DNA from: Chitinophagales bacterium
GTDB taxonomy: Bacteria; Bacteroidota; Bacteroidia; Chitinophagales; Chitinophagaceae
Direction of reading: 5' to 3'
Assembly (NCBI GenBank): GCA_038256825.1
Contig: JBBSJX010000001.1
Location: 1 to 59,694, forward strand
DNA length: 59,694 bases
The notes beneath the pieces were generated by a model that saw only the letters and a program-made list of their open reading frames with translations, had not been told where the DNA came from and ran no database searches. The position numbers were made by a program, and so were the translations under genes. Position 1 is the stretch's first letter, and every line of letters starts with the position of its first letter. Below are positions 51,167 to 59,685 of the stretch, in pieces.

Positions 51167-52339
51167 ATGAATAAAGTGGTTTTAAACAAAAAAATTAGTT
51201 CAAGAGTAGCAAACGGTCACCCGTGGATTTACAATAATGAAGTAAATAATGTACAAGGTGCTCCCGAACCGGGAAGCATAGTGGAGGTTTTTACACACGA
51301 TAATAAATTTATTGGAAAAGGTTATATTAATCCTCAATCGCAAATTGTGGTAAGGCTGCTTACTCGCGATAAATCAGTTGAAATAAACGAAACCTTTTTT
51401 TATAATGCTATTTTATCTGCCTGGAATTACCGGCAAAAATTGGGATATACTGAAAATTGCCGTCTTGTTTTTGGAGAAGCCGATTTTTTGCCGGCTTTAA
51501 TTATAGATAAGTTTAATGATTATTTTGTTATTCAAACACTATCGCTAGGAATGGATCGTTGGAAGAAAGCAATTACCGATGTTTTGGAGCGGATTTTTAA
51601 ACCAAAAGGAATTTATGAGCGCAACGATGTTCCGGTAAGAGAACTGGAAGGATTGCAGCAACAAAAAGGATTTTTATCCGCCCCTTTTGACACCAATATT
51701 TTAATAACTGAAAACGGATTAAAGTTTTACGTTGATATTGAAAACGGTCAAAAAACCGGTTATTTTCTTGACCAGCAGGATAACAGGCGTGCTATAAAGC
51801 ACATTGTAAAAGATGCGGATGTATTGGGTGCTTTTACTTATACCGGAACATTCGAAATACATGCGGCGCATTATGGTGCAAAAAGTGTGTTAGGCCTGGA
51901 TATTTCGGAAAATGCTGTTGCGCAGGCTAACCGGAATGCTGCGCTTAACCAGGTGGACGACAAATGTAAATTTGAAGCTGTAAATGCTTTTGACGTTTTA
52001 AAACGCTGGGGCAAAGAAGGAAGACAGTATGATGTAGTAATGCTGGATCCACCGGCATTTACTAAAAGCAGGGAAAACATTCAGAAGGCCCTTACTGGAT
52101 ACAAGGAAATTAATTTGAGGGGAATGAAAATAATAAAACCCGGTGGTTTTTTGGTAACCAGCAGTTGTACTAACCTGGTTTCGCCCGAGCTATTTTTAGA
52201 TACTATTTACAATGCTGCAAAAGATGCCAGGAGGAAATTAAGGCAGGTAACTTTTAAAGCTCAATCGAGCGACCACCCCATTTTACCGGGATTAGAAAAT
52301 ACCAATTACCTTAAATTTTTAATTGTGCAGGTTTTGTAA
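51167..52339 (+). CDS. rlmI: RlmI/RlmK-family class I SAM rRNA methyltransferase
   Basis: PUA-like GHPWIY, GQKTGYFLDQ, LDPPAF; TACCTTTG ends 4 nt before the ATG. Confidence 0.85.
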   Translation: MNKVVLNKKISSRVANGHPWIYNNEVNNVQGAPEPGSIVEVFTHDNKFIGKGYINPQSQIVVRLLTRDKSVEINETFFYNAILSAWNYRQKLGYTENCRLVFGEADFLPALIIDKFNDYFVIQTLSLGMDRWKKAITDVLERIFKPKGIYERNDVPVRELEGLQQQKGFLSAPFDTNILITENGLKFYVDIENGQKTGYFLDQQDNRRAIKHIVKDADVLGAFTYTGTFEIHAAHYGAKSVLGLDISENAVAQANRNAALNQVDDKCKFEAVNAFDVLKRWGKEGRQYDVVMLDPPAFTKSRENIQKALTGYKEINLRGMKIIKPGGFLVTSSCTNLVSPELFLDTIYNAAKDARRKLRQVTFKAQSSDHPILPGLENTNYLKFLIVQVL

Positions 52340-52360
52340 GGGAACTTTTATTATTTCTCT

Positions 52361-52470
52361 TTGCTGCTATAATTGTTATTGTACAAGTGTGCGACTGTTA
52401 TTGTACAAGTGTGCGACCCTTCGGTAAAATCAGGGTAATCTGCTTTGCTGCTATGAAAACCTGCAGTTGA
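52361..52470 (+). repeat. Dispersed element, copy 14 (22-bp tandem duplication plus insert)
   Basis: ttgctgctat..(tgttattgtacaagtgtgcgac)x2 at 52374-52417, then ccttcggtaaaatcagggtaatct, then gctttgctgctatgaaaacc. Confidence 0.8.
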
Positions 52471-52549
52471 ACCGAGCGTGGCAACGGCTGTATCAACAGA
52501 GATATAATGACGGCTACAAAAGAATTTTTAAAAAATTGGGCTAAAATGA

Positions 52550-52891
52550 TTATTTAATCACCTGGAATTTCCCGGATTCGATAATTCGGCCGGATTTGTC
52601 GCGTAACTGGAAAATGTAAACTCCCCTGTAAAATTCAGCGAGATCGATGGAAGTTTTAGATGTAAGTGAAGAAACCTCAAAAATCTTTTTACCTACAAAA
52701 TTGTAAATCTGCAGGGTTAATCCTTTATCAAACGATTTTTGAAATTCGAAATTTATGACTGAAACGGCAGGGTTTGGATAAAATTTAATAGCTTTTACAA
52801 CCTGCTCAATATCGGAAGTATGCTTTACAGTTTGGGTGTTTCCCAGCACGCTGTAAAAAGAAATAATTAAAATAAGTATAAGTCTTTTCAT
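52550..52891 (-). CDS. Small protein consisting of a signal peptide plus T9SS type-A CTD
   Basis: FYPNPA...IYN..GK...GVYIFQL...KFQVIK. Confidence 0.8.
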   Translation of the reverse strand: MKRLILILIISFYSVLGNTQTVKHTSDIEQVVKAIKFYPNPAVSVINFEFQKSFDKGLTLQIYNFVGKKIFEVSSLTSKTSIDLAEFYRGVYIFQLRDKSGRIIESGKFQVIK

Positions 52892-53141
52892 ATTCAGATT
52901 TAACCAACAAAATTAAAGTTAACTATAAAGTTGTTTAGAGCAAATTTTTGACCAAAAAATAAAACTTTTTAAAAATTAGCCGACTGAAAATTAAAATTAA
53001 TCAATTACAAAGCAAAAAGTAATTGAAATTGATTGTTTTAACCTGCTATTTATTTTGAACCAGATTTTTAGCTTTTTATAAAAATGAACTATCAATTAGT
53101 GGGCAACTTAATTTTTGACGGAAAAAGTACCCACCCTGTAA

Positions 53142-54179
53142 CTAAAAACGTGGACAACGAACTGCATTTTTTGAGCTGTTATCCCTTTCAAAAAAACCTG
53201 CATAGGTTACTGAAAGTTCCATACCTCCCCTGCCCATACTGGCCGTTTTTAATTCGGAAACATTCACATCGTAACTTAAAGCAATTGAAAATGGCTGGTA
53301 ATCTAATTTTACAACGGGGATAATGGCATCCTTCCAGCGTAACAAAGCACCCATATGTAAAGTGTAAGGCGGCTGGTTTTCTTCGGTGCTTAATTTGTAC
53401 GAAAACATTGCGCCACCAATGGTTTGGGAATAGCTGCCCTGCACATTATGATCGGCCTGCAAGGTAAAATAAGAATAATCGTTTAATGCAAACCTCACCC
53501 CTGCAGAGGCTACCCATTTTGGGCTCAACTCCACAGCAGGATTACTATAAAATGAATTTTTGGGCCTGTTAAAATGGTGATAAGCCAACCCTACATAGTA
53601 GTTATCAGCTGAATTTTCGCCAAGAGAGGAGTTAAAACTCATACCTACACTACCATCGAGGTAAGAATAATTGCCATTTACAAATGTTTCGCCATCGGAT
53701 AAAGCAGGATTATATCCATTTCCATCAAAATGATTATTGGTAGTCATTTTACTACGGTCAATTCTGCGCTGAACAAGTCCACCCATAAAACCCAGTGAAA
53801 TGTATTTATTCCTGTTATCGCTTAAAGCCTTATGATAATTAATAGCAGGTAAAATATTTGTTGTGGTAAAATTGGTTGACCCTGCACGATCGTAAACCAA
53901 TTGCATTCCTGTGGTAACAAAATCGTTTCCCTGGCCAATGGGTTGCTTATATTCTACGTTAAAAGAACCTGTTTGATAAGGAACCGTAACACTTCCCCAT
54001 TGGTTTCTATATACTCCCTGGGCACGTATATCACCTTCAAATAACCCTGCTAAAGAAGGGTTGCGAAGTAAAGGAGTTTCAAAAAACTGAGAAAAATGGA
54101 TATCCTGGGCAAAAATCTGTTGACCAGACAATGCTGCGGAAATTAAAAACAGTAAATAAATTTTGTATACTTTTTTCAT
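53142..54179 (-). CDS. PorP/SprF family T9SS outer-membrane protein
   Basis: QDIHFSQF..PL..NP..AG, YRNQW, SYD.N.S.L...G..E.S..Y. Confidence 0.9.
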   Translation of the reverse strand: MKKVYKIYLLFLISAALSGQQIFAQDIHFSQFFETPLLRNPSLAGLFEGDIRAQGVYRNQWGSVTVPYQTGSFNVEYKQPIGQGNDFVTTGMQLVYDRAGSTNFTTTNILPAINYHKALSDNRNKYISLGFMGGLVQRRIDRSKMTTNNHFDGNGYNPALSDGETFVNGNYSYLDGSVGMSFNSSLGENSADNYYVGLAYHHFNRPKNSFYSNPAVELSPKWVASAGVRFALNDYSYFTLQADHNVQGSYSQTIGGAMFSYKLSTEENQPPYTLHMGALLRWKDAIIPVVKLDYQPFSIALSYDVNVSELKTASMGRGGMELSVTYAGFFERDNSSKNAVRCPRF

Positions 54180-54303
54180 AAAATGGGCGATTGGATACTT
54201 ATACTAACGCAAACTTTATGAAAATATTGAATAAACATGGAGATTAAGCAGATTTTTATTGGAGCCACATGGTAAATAGCTACAACTCAATTTAATAGTT
54301 TCA

Positions 54304-56544
54304 TTATTCAGTATCAAACCTGTCAACCGTATGAATGCCTTTTAATTGAAATAGCCGGTCTACCAATTCTTCCAATTCTTCCTTATCGTGAACAAAAACT
54401 TTAATGGTTCCTTCAAACAAACCTTCTTTAGATTCAATGGATAAAGCAGATATATTAATTTTTAACTCCCCCGAAATTACATTAGTTATTTTATTAACCA
54501 TACCTACATCATCCATTCCTATAATCTTTAACCCGGTAAGAAAGCTGATCTCTTTATTTTTTGCCCACTTGGTTTTTACAACCCTGTGCCCATAATTTGC
54601 CATTAACCTGGCCGAATTAGGACAACTGGTACGATGAATGATTAATCCTTTACCGGTGCTCACAAAACCAAAAACATCATCACCCGGTATAGGGTTGCAA
54701 CATTTAGCCAGCGAATACATGATTTTATCACTGCTCTCACCAAAAATAATCAGTTCCGAATCTTTTTTTGTGTAATGAGGCGTGTGATCCGTTGCTACCT
54801 CAATTAAAGGTTTTTGTGGTTTGGGCGCTTCTAGTTTGTCGCCTAAAATATTAAATTCTTTTAAATCTTTCAGGTCATTTTCCTTAACCGCTACCTGGTA
54901 AAAAAAATCGAGATGAGAGTTTAATTTATAAAAACTTACCAGTATGTCAATGTTATGCTGACTATAAGCTGCGCCCAAAGCTTCCAGCTTTCGCTGTACA
55001 ATATATTTGCCATCTTCTGCAATGGTTCTTTTTACTTCTTTTAGTGCGTCTTTTATTTTTGCTTTGGCTTTAGCCGTAACAACCATATTCAGCCAATCTT
55101 CGCTGGGCTTTTGTTTGCTGCTGGTAATAATCTCCACCTGGTCGCCACTACGCAATTTGTGGCCTATAGGCACCAGTTTATGGTTAATTTTTGCGCCAAT
55201 ACATTTTGTACCTATTGCACTATGAATGCTAAAAGCAAAATCAAGAGCGGTGCTACCGATAGGCAACATTTTTACATCACCTTTTGGAGTGTATACGTAA
55301 ATTTCTTCAGCAAGAAAACTTACCTTAAAATCCTGCAGAAAATCAACCCCATCAGTATCCTGGCCCAACACCTCTCTAATCTGGCCAAACCATTTATCAA
55401 AGCGATCTTCAACTGAATTGCCTTCTTTATACTTATAGTGGGCTGCCAAACCTTTTTCGGCAATTTCGTTCATGCGCAACGTGCGTATCTGCACTTCTAC
55501 CCATTTGCCCTGTGGCCCCATTACAGTAGTGTGCAACGCTTCATATCCATTGCTTTTAGGATTACTCAGCCAATCCCTTAAACGTTCAGGCGAGGGTGTA
55601 TATTCGTCGGTGATAACGGAATACACCTTCCAGCAATGTTCCTTTTCAAGTTCGGGTGGAGAATTAAGGATAATCCTGATGGCAAATAAATCATACACCT
55701 CATCAAAAGTCACCGACTTTTTCTTCATCTTATTCCAGATGGAATGGATGCTTTTTGGGCGGCCATGAATTTCAAAATTAAAACCACCCTTAATCAACTT
55801 CTCTTTTATCGGCCTAATAAATTCATTAATATACCTGCTGCGCTCTCTTTTGGTATCCGATAGGCGTTGGGCAATATCTTTATAAGTTTCCGGCTCCATG
55901 TATTTCATGGAGAGATCTTCCATTTCAGTTTTAATATTATACAACCCCATACGGTGCGCTAATGGCGCATAAACCCATACCGTTTCGCTCGAAATTTTAA
56001 GTTGCTTATCACGCTTCATGCTATCCATGGTGCGCATGTTATGCAACCTGTCGGCTAATTTTATTAAAATAACCCGTGGGTCATCCGTAAGGGTAAGTAG
56101 TATTTTCTTAAAGTTCTCCGCCTGTTGGCTGGTATTATTATCAATTACATTCGATATTTTGGTTAGTCCATCAACAATTTTTGCAATTTCCGATCCAAAT
56201 TCACGCTCTACATCTTCCAATGTAACATCTGTATCCTCAACCGTATCGTGTAACAGTGCACAAATTGTACTTCTGATACCCAGTCCTATTTCTTCTACGC
56301 AAATCATTGACACGGCAATGGGATGTAAAATATATGGTTCCCCACTTTTGCGGCGCATGGTTTTGTGCGCTTCAGCAGCCATTTCAAAAGCATGGCGCAC
56401 CATTTCCTTATCACCTTTTTTAATTTTTGTACGTAAAGCACGCAACAGCGCCCTGTATTGGCGCAGTATTTCCTTCTTTTCCTGCTCTTCTGTTAAATTG
56501 TATTTTGGTACCGCCGGTGCGGTTCCTATAACTTGCTCATCCAT
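54304..56544 (-). CDS. rel: Bifunctional (p)ppGpp synthetase/hydrolase (Rel/SpoT)
   Basis: RKSGEPYI.HP, LHDTVED, IKLADRLHNMRT, PKSNGY..LHT, EVQIRT, TGS and ACT domains; start MDEQV just after TAAATTCG. Confidence 0.95.
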   Translation of the reverse strand: MDEQVIGTAPAVPKYNLTEEQEKKEILRQYRALLRALRTKIKKGDKEMVRHAFEMAAEAHKTMRRKSGEPYILHPIAVSMICVEEIGLGIRSTICALLHDTVEDTDVTLEDVEREFGSEIAKIVDGLTKISNVIDNNTSQQAENFKKILLTLTDDPRVILIKLADRLHNMRTMDSMKRDKQLKISSETVWVYAPLAHRMGLYNIKTEMEDLSMKYMEPETYKDIAQRLSDTKRERSRYINEFIRPIKEKLIKGGFNFEIHGRPKSIHSIWNKMKKKSVTFDEVYDLFAIRIILNSPPELEKEHCWKVYSVITDEYTPSPERLRDWLSNPKSNGYEALHTTVMGPQGKWVEVQIRTLRMNEIAEKGLAAHYKYKEGNSVEDRFDKWFGQIREVLGQDTDGVDFLQDFKVSFLAEEIYVYTPKGDVKMLPIGSTALDFAFSIHSAIGTKCIGAKINHKLVPIGHKLRSGDQVEIITSSKQKPSEDWLNMVVTAKAKAKIKDALKEVKRTIAEDGKYIVQRKLEALGAAYSQHNIDILVSFYKLNSHLDFFYQVAVKENDLKDLKEFNILGDKLEAPKPQKPLIEVATDHTPHYTKKDSELIIFGESSDKIMYSLAKCCNPIPGDDVFGFVSTGKGLIIHRTSCPNSARLMANYGHRVVKTKWAKNKEISFLTGLKIIGMDDVGMVNKITNVISGELKINISALSIESKEGLFEGTIKVFVHDKEELEELVDRLFQLKGIHTVDRFDTE

Positions 56545-56600
56545 ACGCAACGAATTTACGGAAACCCCCTCATTCAAGTATAAAATGGAGATGCAAGAAA

Positions 56601-56677
56601 TTTTTTGGAGACCAGCAATTTAGCAGTGAAGGATCATTCTTGCGACGCTCCGTTCAACAGTAGCGCAATGGGCAGCA
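56601..56677 (-). repeat. Dispersed intergenic element, copy 15
   Basis: Minus strand ttgctgccc...gttgaacggaGCGTCGCaagaatgatcc...tgctggtctccaaaaaa. Confidence 0.75.
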
Positions 56678-56759
56678 AAATATTTTGATAAATGAAAGAC
56701 TGATTACATTCATTTTAAAAATTTATAAAAAAATTGTTATGAGTTTTTATTAAAACTCC

Positions 56760-56767
56760 TACATTTG
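56760..56767 (+). promoter_or_regulatory. -7 promoter element of tRNA-Leu
   Basis: TACATTTG 7 nt before the tRNA 5' end. Confidence 0.7.
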
Positions 56768-56774
56768 CCGCCCT

Positions 56775-56856
56775 GCGGATGTGGCGAAATTGGCAGACGC
56801 ACTAGACTTAGGATCTAGCGCCGCGAGGCGTGTGGGTTCGACCCCCTCCATCCGCA
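56775..56856 (+). tRNA. tRNA-Leu (anticodon TAG)
   Basis: GCGGATG/CATCCGC acceptor stem, CTAGA-CTTAGGA-TCTAG anticodon arm, long variable arm, GGTTCGA T-loop; CCA not encoded. Confidence 0.96.
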
Positions 56857-56857
56857 C

Positions 56858-56884
56858 AAAAGCTCGTTATTAAACGGGCTTTTT
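56858..56884 (+). terminator. tRNA terminator
   Basis: agctcgt-tattaa-acgggct-tttt. Confidence 0.65.
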
Positions 56885-57120
56885 CTTTTTATTATAAATT
56901 TCAGCAAGAAGTTAATTTATACAAAAACATGACCTGATAAAAAACAAAAAGTAGCGGCCAATAAGATTTCGCTTTTTACCACAATCATATTTAATTGGTA
57001 TCACTTACCTTCGCAGCCCGAAATTTTCGGTTGGTTCTGCATTCATGTGGTTTACACTTACTGTTTAAACCATAAACTTGAAAATGGGATTATCTACATA
57101 AACACATCAAATAATAAAGT

Positions 57121-58476
57121 ATGGCTTCTGTTTTAAGAGAGAACATTGGTTTGCTGACTGATAAATTAACCGTGCAGTTAGTAAAAGATGATTATTTACC
57201 TGCATTTGAGAAAGCAATTAAAAAGCATGCGAAATCTGCTAACATACCAGGATTTAGAAAAGGAATGGTACCTGGTGGAATGGTAAAAAAAATGTATGGT
57301 ACCAGTGTATATTATGATGAGGTAATTCGTTCAGTTGAAAAAGAACTGAATACCTACATGCAAACAGAACAACTGGATATTTTTGCACAGCCACTTCCAT
57401 TAGATATAGACCGCCAGTTGGATATGAATAATCCTGAGGATTATTCATTTGCATTTGAAATTGGGTTAAAGCCAAAAATTGAAGTAGAACCATCCAACTT
57501 TAATGTAACCCGCTATAAGGTAGAAGTAACAGACACCATGATACATGAAGAGGTGGAGCGCTTACAAACCCGCCATGGTAATATGACCGAGCCTGAAGTT
57601 GTGGAAAGTGATGAAAACGTTTTAAATATTGAATTTACCGAAACCGATGCCGAGGGAAACGTGGTTGAAGGCGGTATTAATAAAGGAAACTCCGTATTGG
57701 TAAAATACTTTTCCGAAAGTGTTCGTCCGCAATTAATAGGAAAAAAGAAGGATGATACCCTTGTTGTACAATTAAAAGAAGCTTTTGAGGAAAAAGAAAG
57801 AGAGTGGATTATTAGCGATCTTGGAATTGCCAACGACGAAGCTGCTGGCGACAAATATTTTAAACTTACTATTACTAAAGTTGGCCTGGTTGAAAAACCC
57901 GAAATGAATGAAGCATTTTTTGAAGCTGCCTTTCCTGGTAAAGAAATAGCTAATGAAGATGATTTTAGAGTTGCAGTAAAAGAAACCATCCAGGCGCAGT
58001 GGGAAGCACAAAGCCGCAACCAATTACACGACCAGATTTACCACCAATTGGTTGACCAAACCGAACTTGATTTTCCTGAAAGCTTTTTAAAGCGCTGGAT
58101 TCAAACCGGTGGCGAAGAAAAGAAAACTGCCGAAGAGGCAGAGGCTGAATACCCCAACTTTAAAAACTCGTTGAAGTGGACTTTAATCAGTGGTCAGTTA
58201 ATGGAGAAAAACGAAATTAAGGTGGATCATTCGGAGATTAAAGAATTTGCCACACAGCAGATATTGGGCTATATGGGTGTTCAAAGTGCTGCCGATGCTC
58301 CATGGATTGAAAGCTACACGGACAACATGTTGAAGGATAAAAAATTTATTGAGAATACCTATTATCAAATACAAACTTCCAAGTTATTTATTGCACTGGA
58401 GCAACAAGTTACTGTTAGTGAAAAAGCAGTTACTCCTGATGAATTAGCTGCTATGCAACATAATCACGACCATTAA
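57121..58476 (+). CDS. tig: Trigger factor
   Basis: IPGFRKG.VP ribosome-binding motif; tRNA-Leu-tig-clpP synteny. Confidence 0.95.
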   Translation: MASVLRENIGLLTDKLTVQLVKDDYLPAFEKAIKKHAKSANIPGFRKGMVPGGMVKKMYGTSVYYDEVIRSVEKELNTYMQTEQLDIFAQPLPLDIDRQLDMNNPEDYSFAFEIGLKPKIEVEPSNFNVTRYKVEVTDTMIHEEVERLQTRHGNMTEPEVVESDENVLNIEFTETDAEGNVVEGGINKGNSVLVKYFSESVRPQLIGKKKDDTLVVQLKEAFEEKEREWIISDLGIANDEAAGDKYFKLTITKVGLVEKPEMNEAFFEAAFPGKEIANEDDFRVAVKETIQAQWEAQSRNQLHDQIYHQLVDQTELDFPESFLKRWIQTGGEEKKTAEEAEAEYPNFKNSLKWTLISGQLMEKNEIKVDHSEIKEFATQQILGYMGVQSAADAPWIESYTDNMLKDKKFIENTYYQIQTSKLFIALEQQVTVSEKAVTPDELAAMQHNHDH

Positions 58477-58538
58477 ATCCCTTTATTGGTTTTGAGATCG
58501 GGAGCCCATTTAAAACCTTTTATATAGAATAATGTTGT

Positions 58539-58572
58539 AGTAAAGCCGGGTTTATCCCGGCTTTACTTTTTT
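58539..58572 (+). terminator. tig terminator
   Basis: agtaaagccggg-tttat-cccggctttact-ttttt. Confidence 0.85.
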
Positions 58573-58615
58573 AGGTAAATGTTCTTTTGTTTGTTGAGTA
58601 TATTGTTTTGTAAAG

Positions 58616-58691
58616 CTGTTGCCCAATGGTTTATTGATGAAGTGATTGCGACGCAACGATGATGCTATGAAAACCCATTGTTGGTATTAAA
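58616..58691 (+). repeat. Dispersed intergenic element, copy 16
   Basis: ctgttgccc...gatgaagtgattGCGACGCaacgatgatgctatgaaaacccattgttggtattaaa. Confidence 0.9.
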
Positions 58692-58739
58692 CTACTCTAA
58701 TAAAAATTAGGCTTTTTAAAATTAGATTGATTTTGGCTA

Positions 58740-58778
58740 TGCTATTTTGTCGCATTTTAAGTTTTGCATAGTATTTGA
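58740..58778 (+). promoter_or_regulatory. Shared chaperone/protease upstream motif
   Basis: TGCTATTTTGTC-N11-TTTGCATAGTATTTGA, matching the grpE upstream motif. Confidence 0.55.
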
Positions 58779-58837
58779 ACAATGTGATAATTCAATTAAG
58801 GGGACAACCCTTAACTTCACTTTTATAAAATATTAAA

Positions 58838-59530
58838 ATGAATTTTGGAAAAGAGTTTGAAAAATACGCCGTAAAAGATCGTGGCATAAGTAGCGCTACG
58901 TTACACAATTTTACCAATCACCAGGTAACCAACCTTACCCCATATATTATTGAAGAACGCCCATTAAATGTTGCCAGCATGGATGTGTTTAGCAGGCTTA
59001 TGATGGACCGGATTATTTTTATGGGAGAAGGAATTAATGACTATGTAGCAAATATTGTTACGGCTCAATTGCTTTTTTTAGAAAGCACCGACAGGAGCCG
59101 GGACATTCAAATGTACATTAACAGCCCAGGCGGTAGTGTTTATGCCGGGTTAGGCATTTATGATACTATGCAATTTATTGGACCAGATGTATCTACCATT
59201 TGTACCGGTATGGCTGCAAGCATGGGTGCTGTTTTAATGTGTGCCGGTGTTAAAGGTAAGCGTACTGCTCTTAAACACAGTCGTATAATGATGCATCAGC
59301 CCAGTGGCGCTATTGGCGGACAGGCAAGTGATATTGCAATAACGGTTGCAGAAATAAAAAAACTTAAAAGGGAATTGTACGAAATCATAGGACATCATTC
59401 AGGAAAAACAGCTGACCAGGTGGCCCAGGATAGTGACCGTGATTTTTGGATGAGCGCCGAAGAAGCAAAAGAATATGGACTAGTAGATGAAGTGCTGCTT
59501 ACCAATATCAGAAAAGGGAAAAAGGACTAA
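58838..59530 (+). CDS. clpP: ATP-dependent Clp protease proteolytic subunit
   Basis: YINSPGG, GMAASMG, MMHQP, DRDFWM. Confidence 0.97.
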   Translation: MNFGKEFEKYAVKDRGISSATLHNFTNHQVTNLTPYIIEERPLNVASMDVFSRLMMDRIIFMGEGINDYVANIVTAQLLFLESTDRSRDIQMYINSPGGSVYAGLGIYDTMQFIGPDVSTICTGMAASMGAVLMCAGVKGKRTALKHSRIMMHQPSGAIGGQASDIAITVAEIKKLKRELYEIIGHHSGKTADQVAQDSDRDFWMSAEEAKEYGLVDEVLLTNIRKGKKD

Positions 59531-59580
59531 AGATTAAGCATTTATCTTGAGAGCAACCTTTCGGATGACAAGAATTGTAA

Positions 59581-59685
59581 GTCTTGATACTAACAATCTC
59601 CCGATAACTATCGGGACTTGACACTAGAATCTTAATACTTGATACTACAATCTTTATACTATATACTTAATACTAAAAATCTAAA
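59581..59685. repeat. Degenerate short tandem repeats (TCTTRA/TACT units) containing an 18-bp palindrome
   Basis: tcttgatact..., tcttaatacttgatact..., tctttatactatatacttaatact; TCCCGATAACTATCGGGA at 59599-59616. Confidence 0.65.

Noticed and set aside
56775-56884. tRNA-Leu as an integration site of a genomic island
   Set aside because: No integrase and no duplicated tRNA 3' end seen; normal tRNA-tig-clpP synteny
1558-58023. Many short ORF-track entries antisense to or nested in long genes (e.g. 14082-14462, 33267-33836, 56018-56623, 57513-58019)
   Set aside because: Shadow frames of well-supported genes with no recognisable motifs
10474-58691. Repeat family as a CRISPR array or integron attC sites
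   Set aside because: Copies are dispersed, on both strands and irregularly spaced, including between housekeeping genes. There are no cas or integrase genes and no complementary RYYYAAC/GTTRRRY ends.
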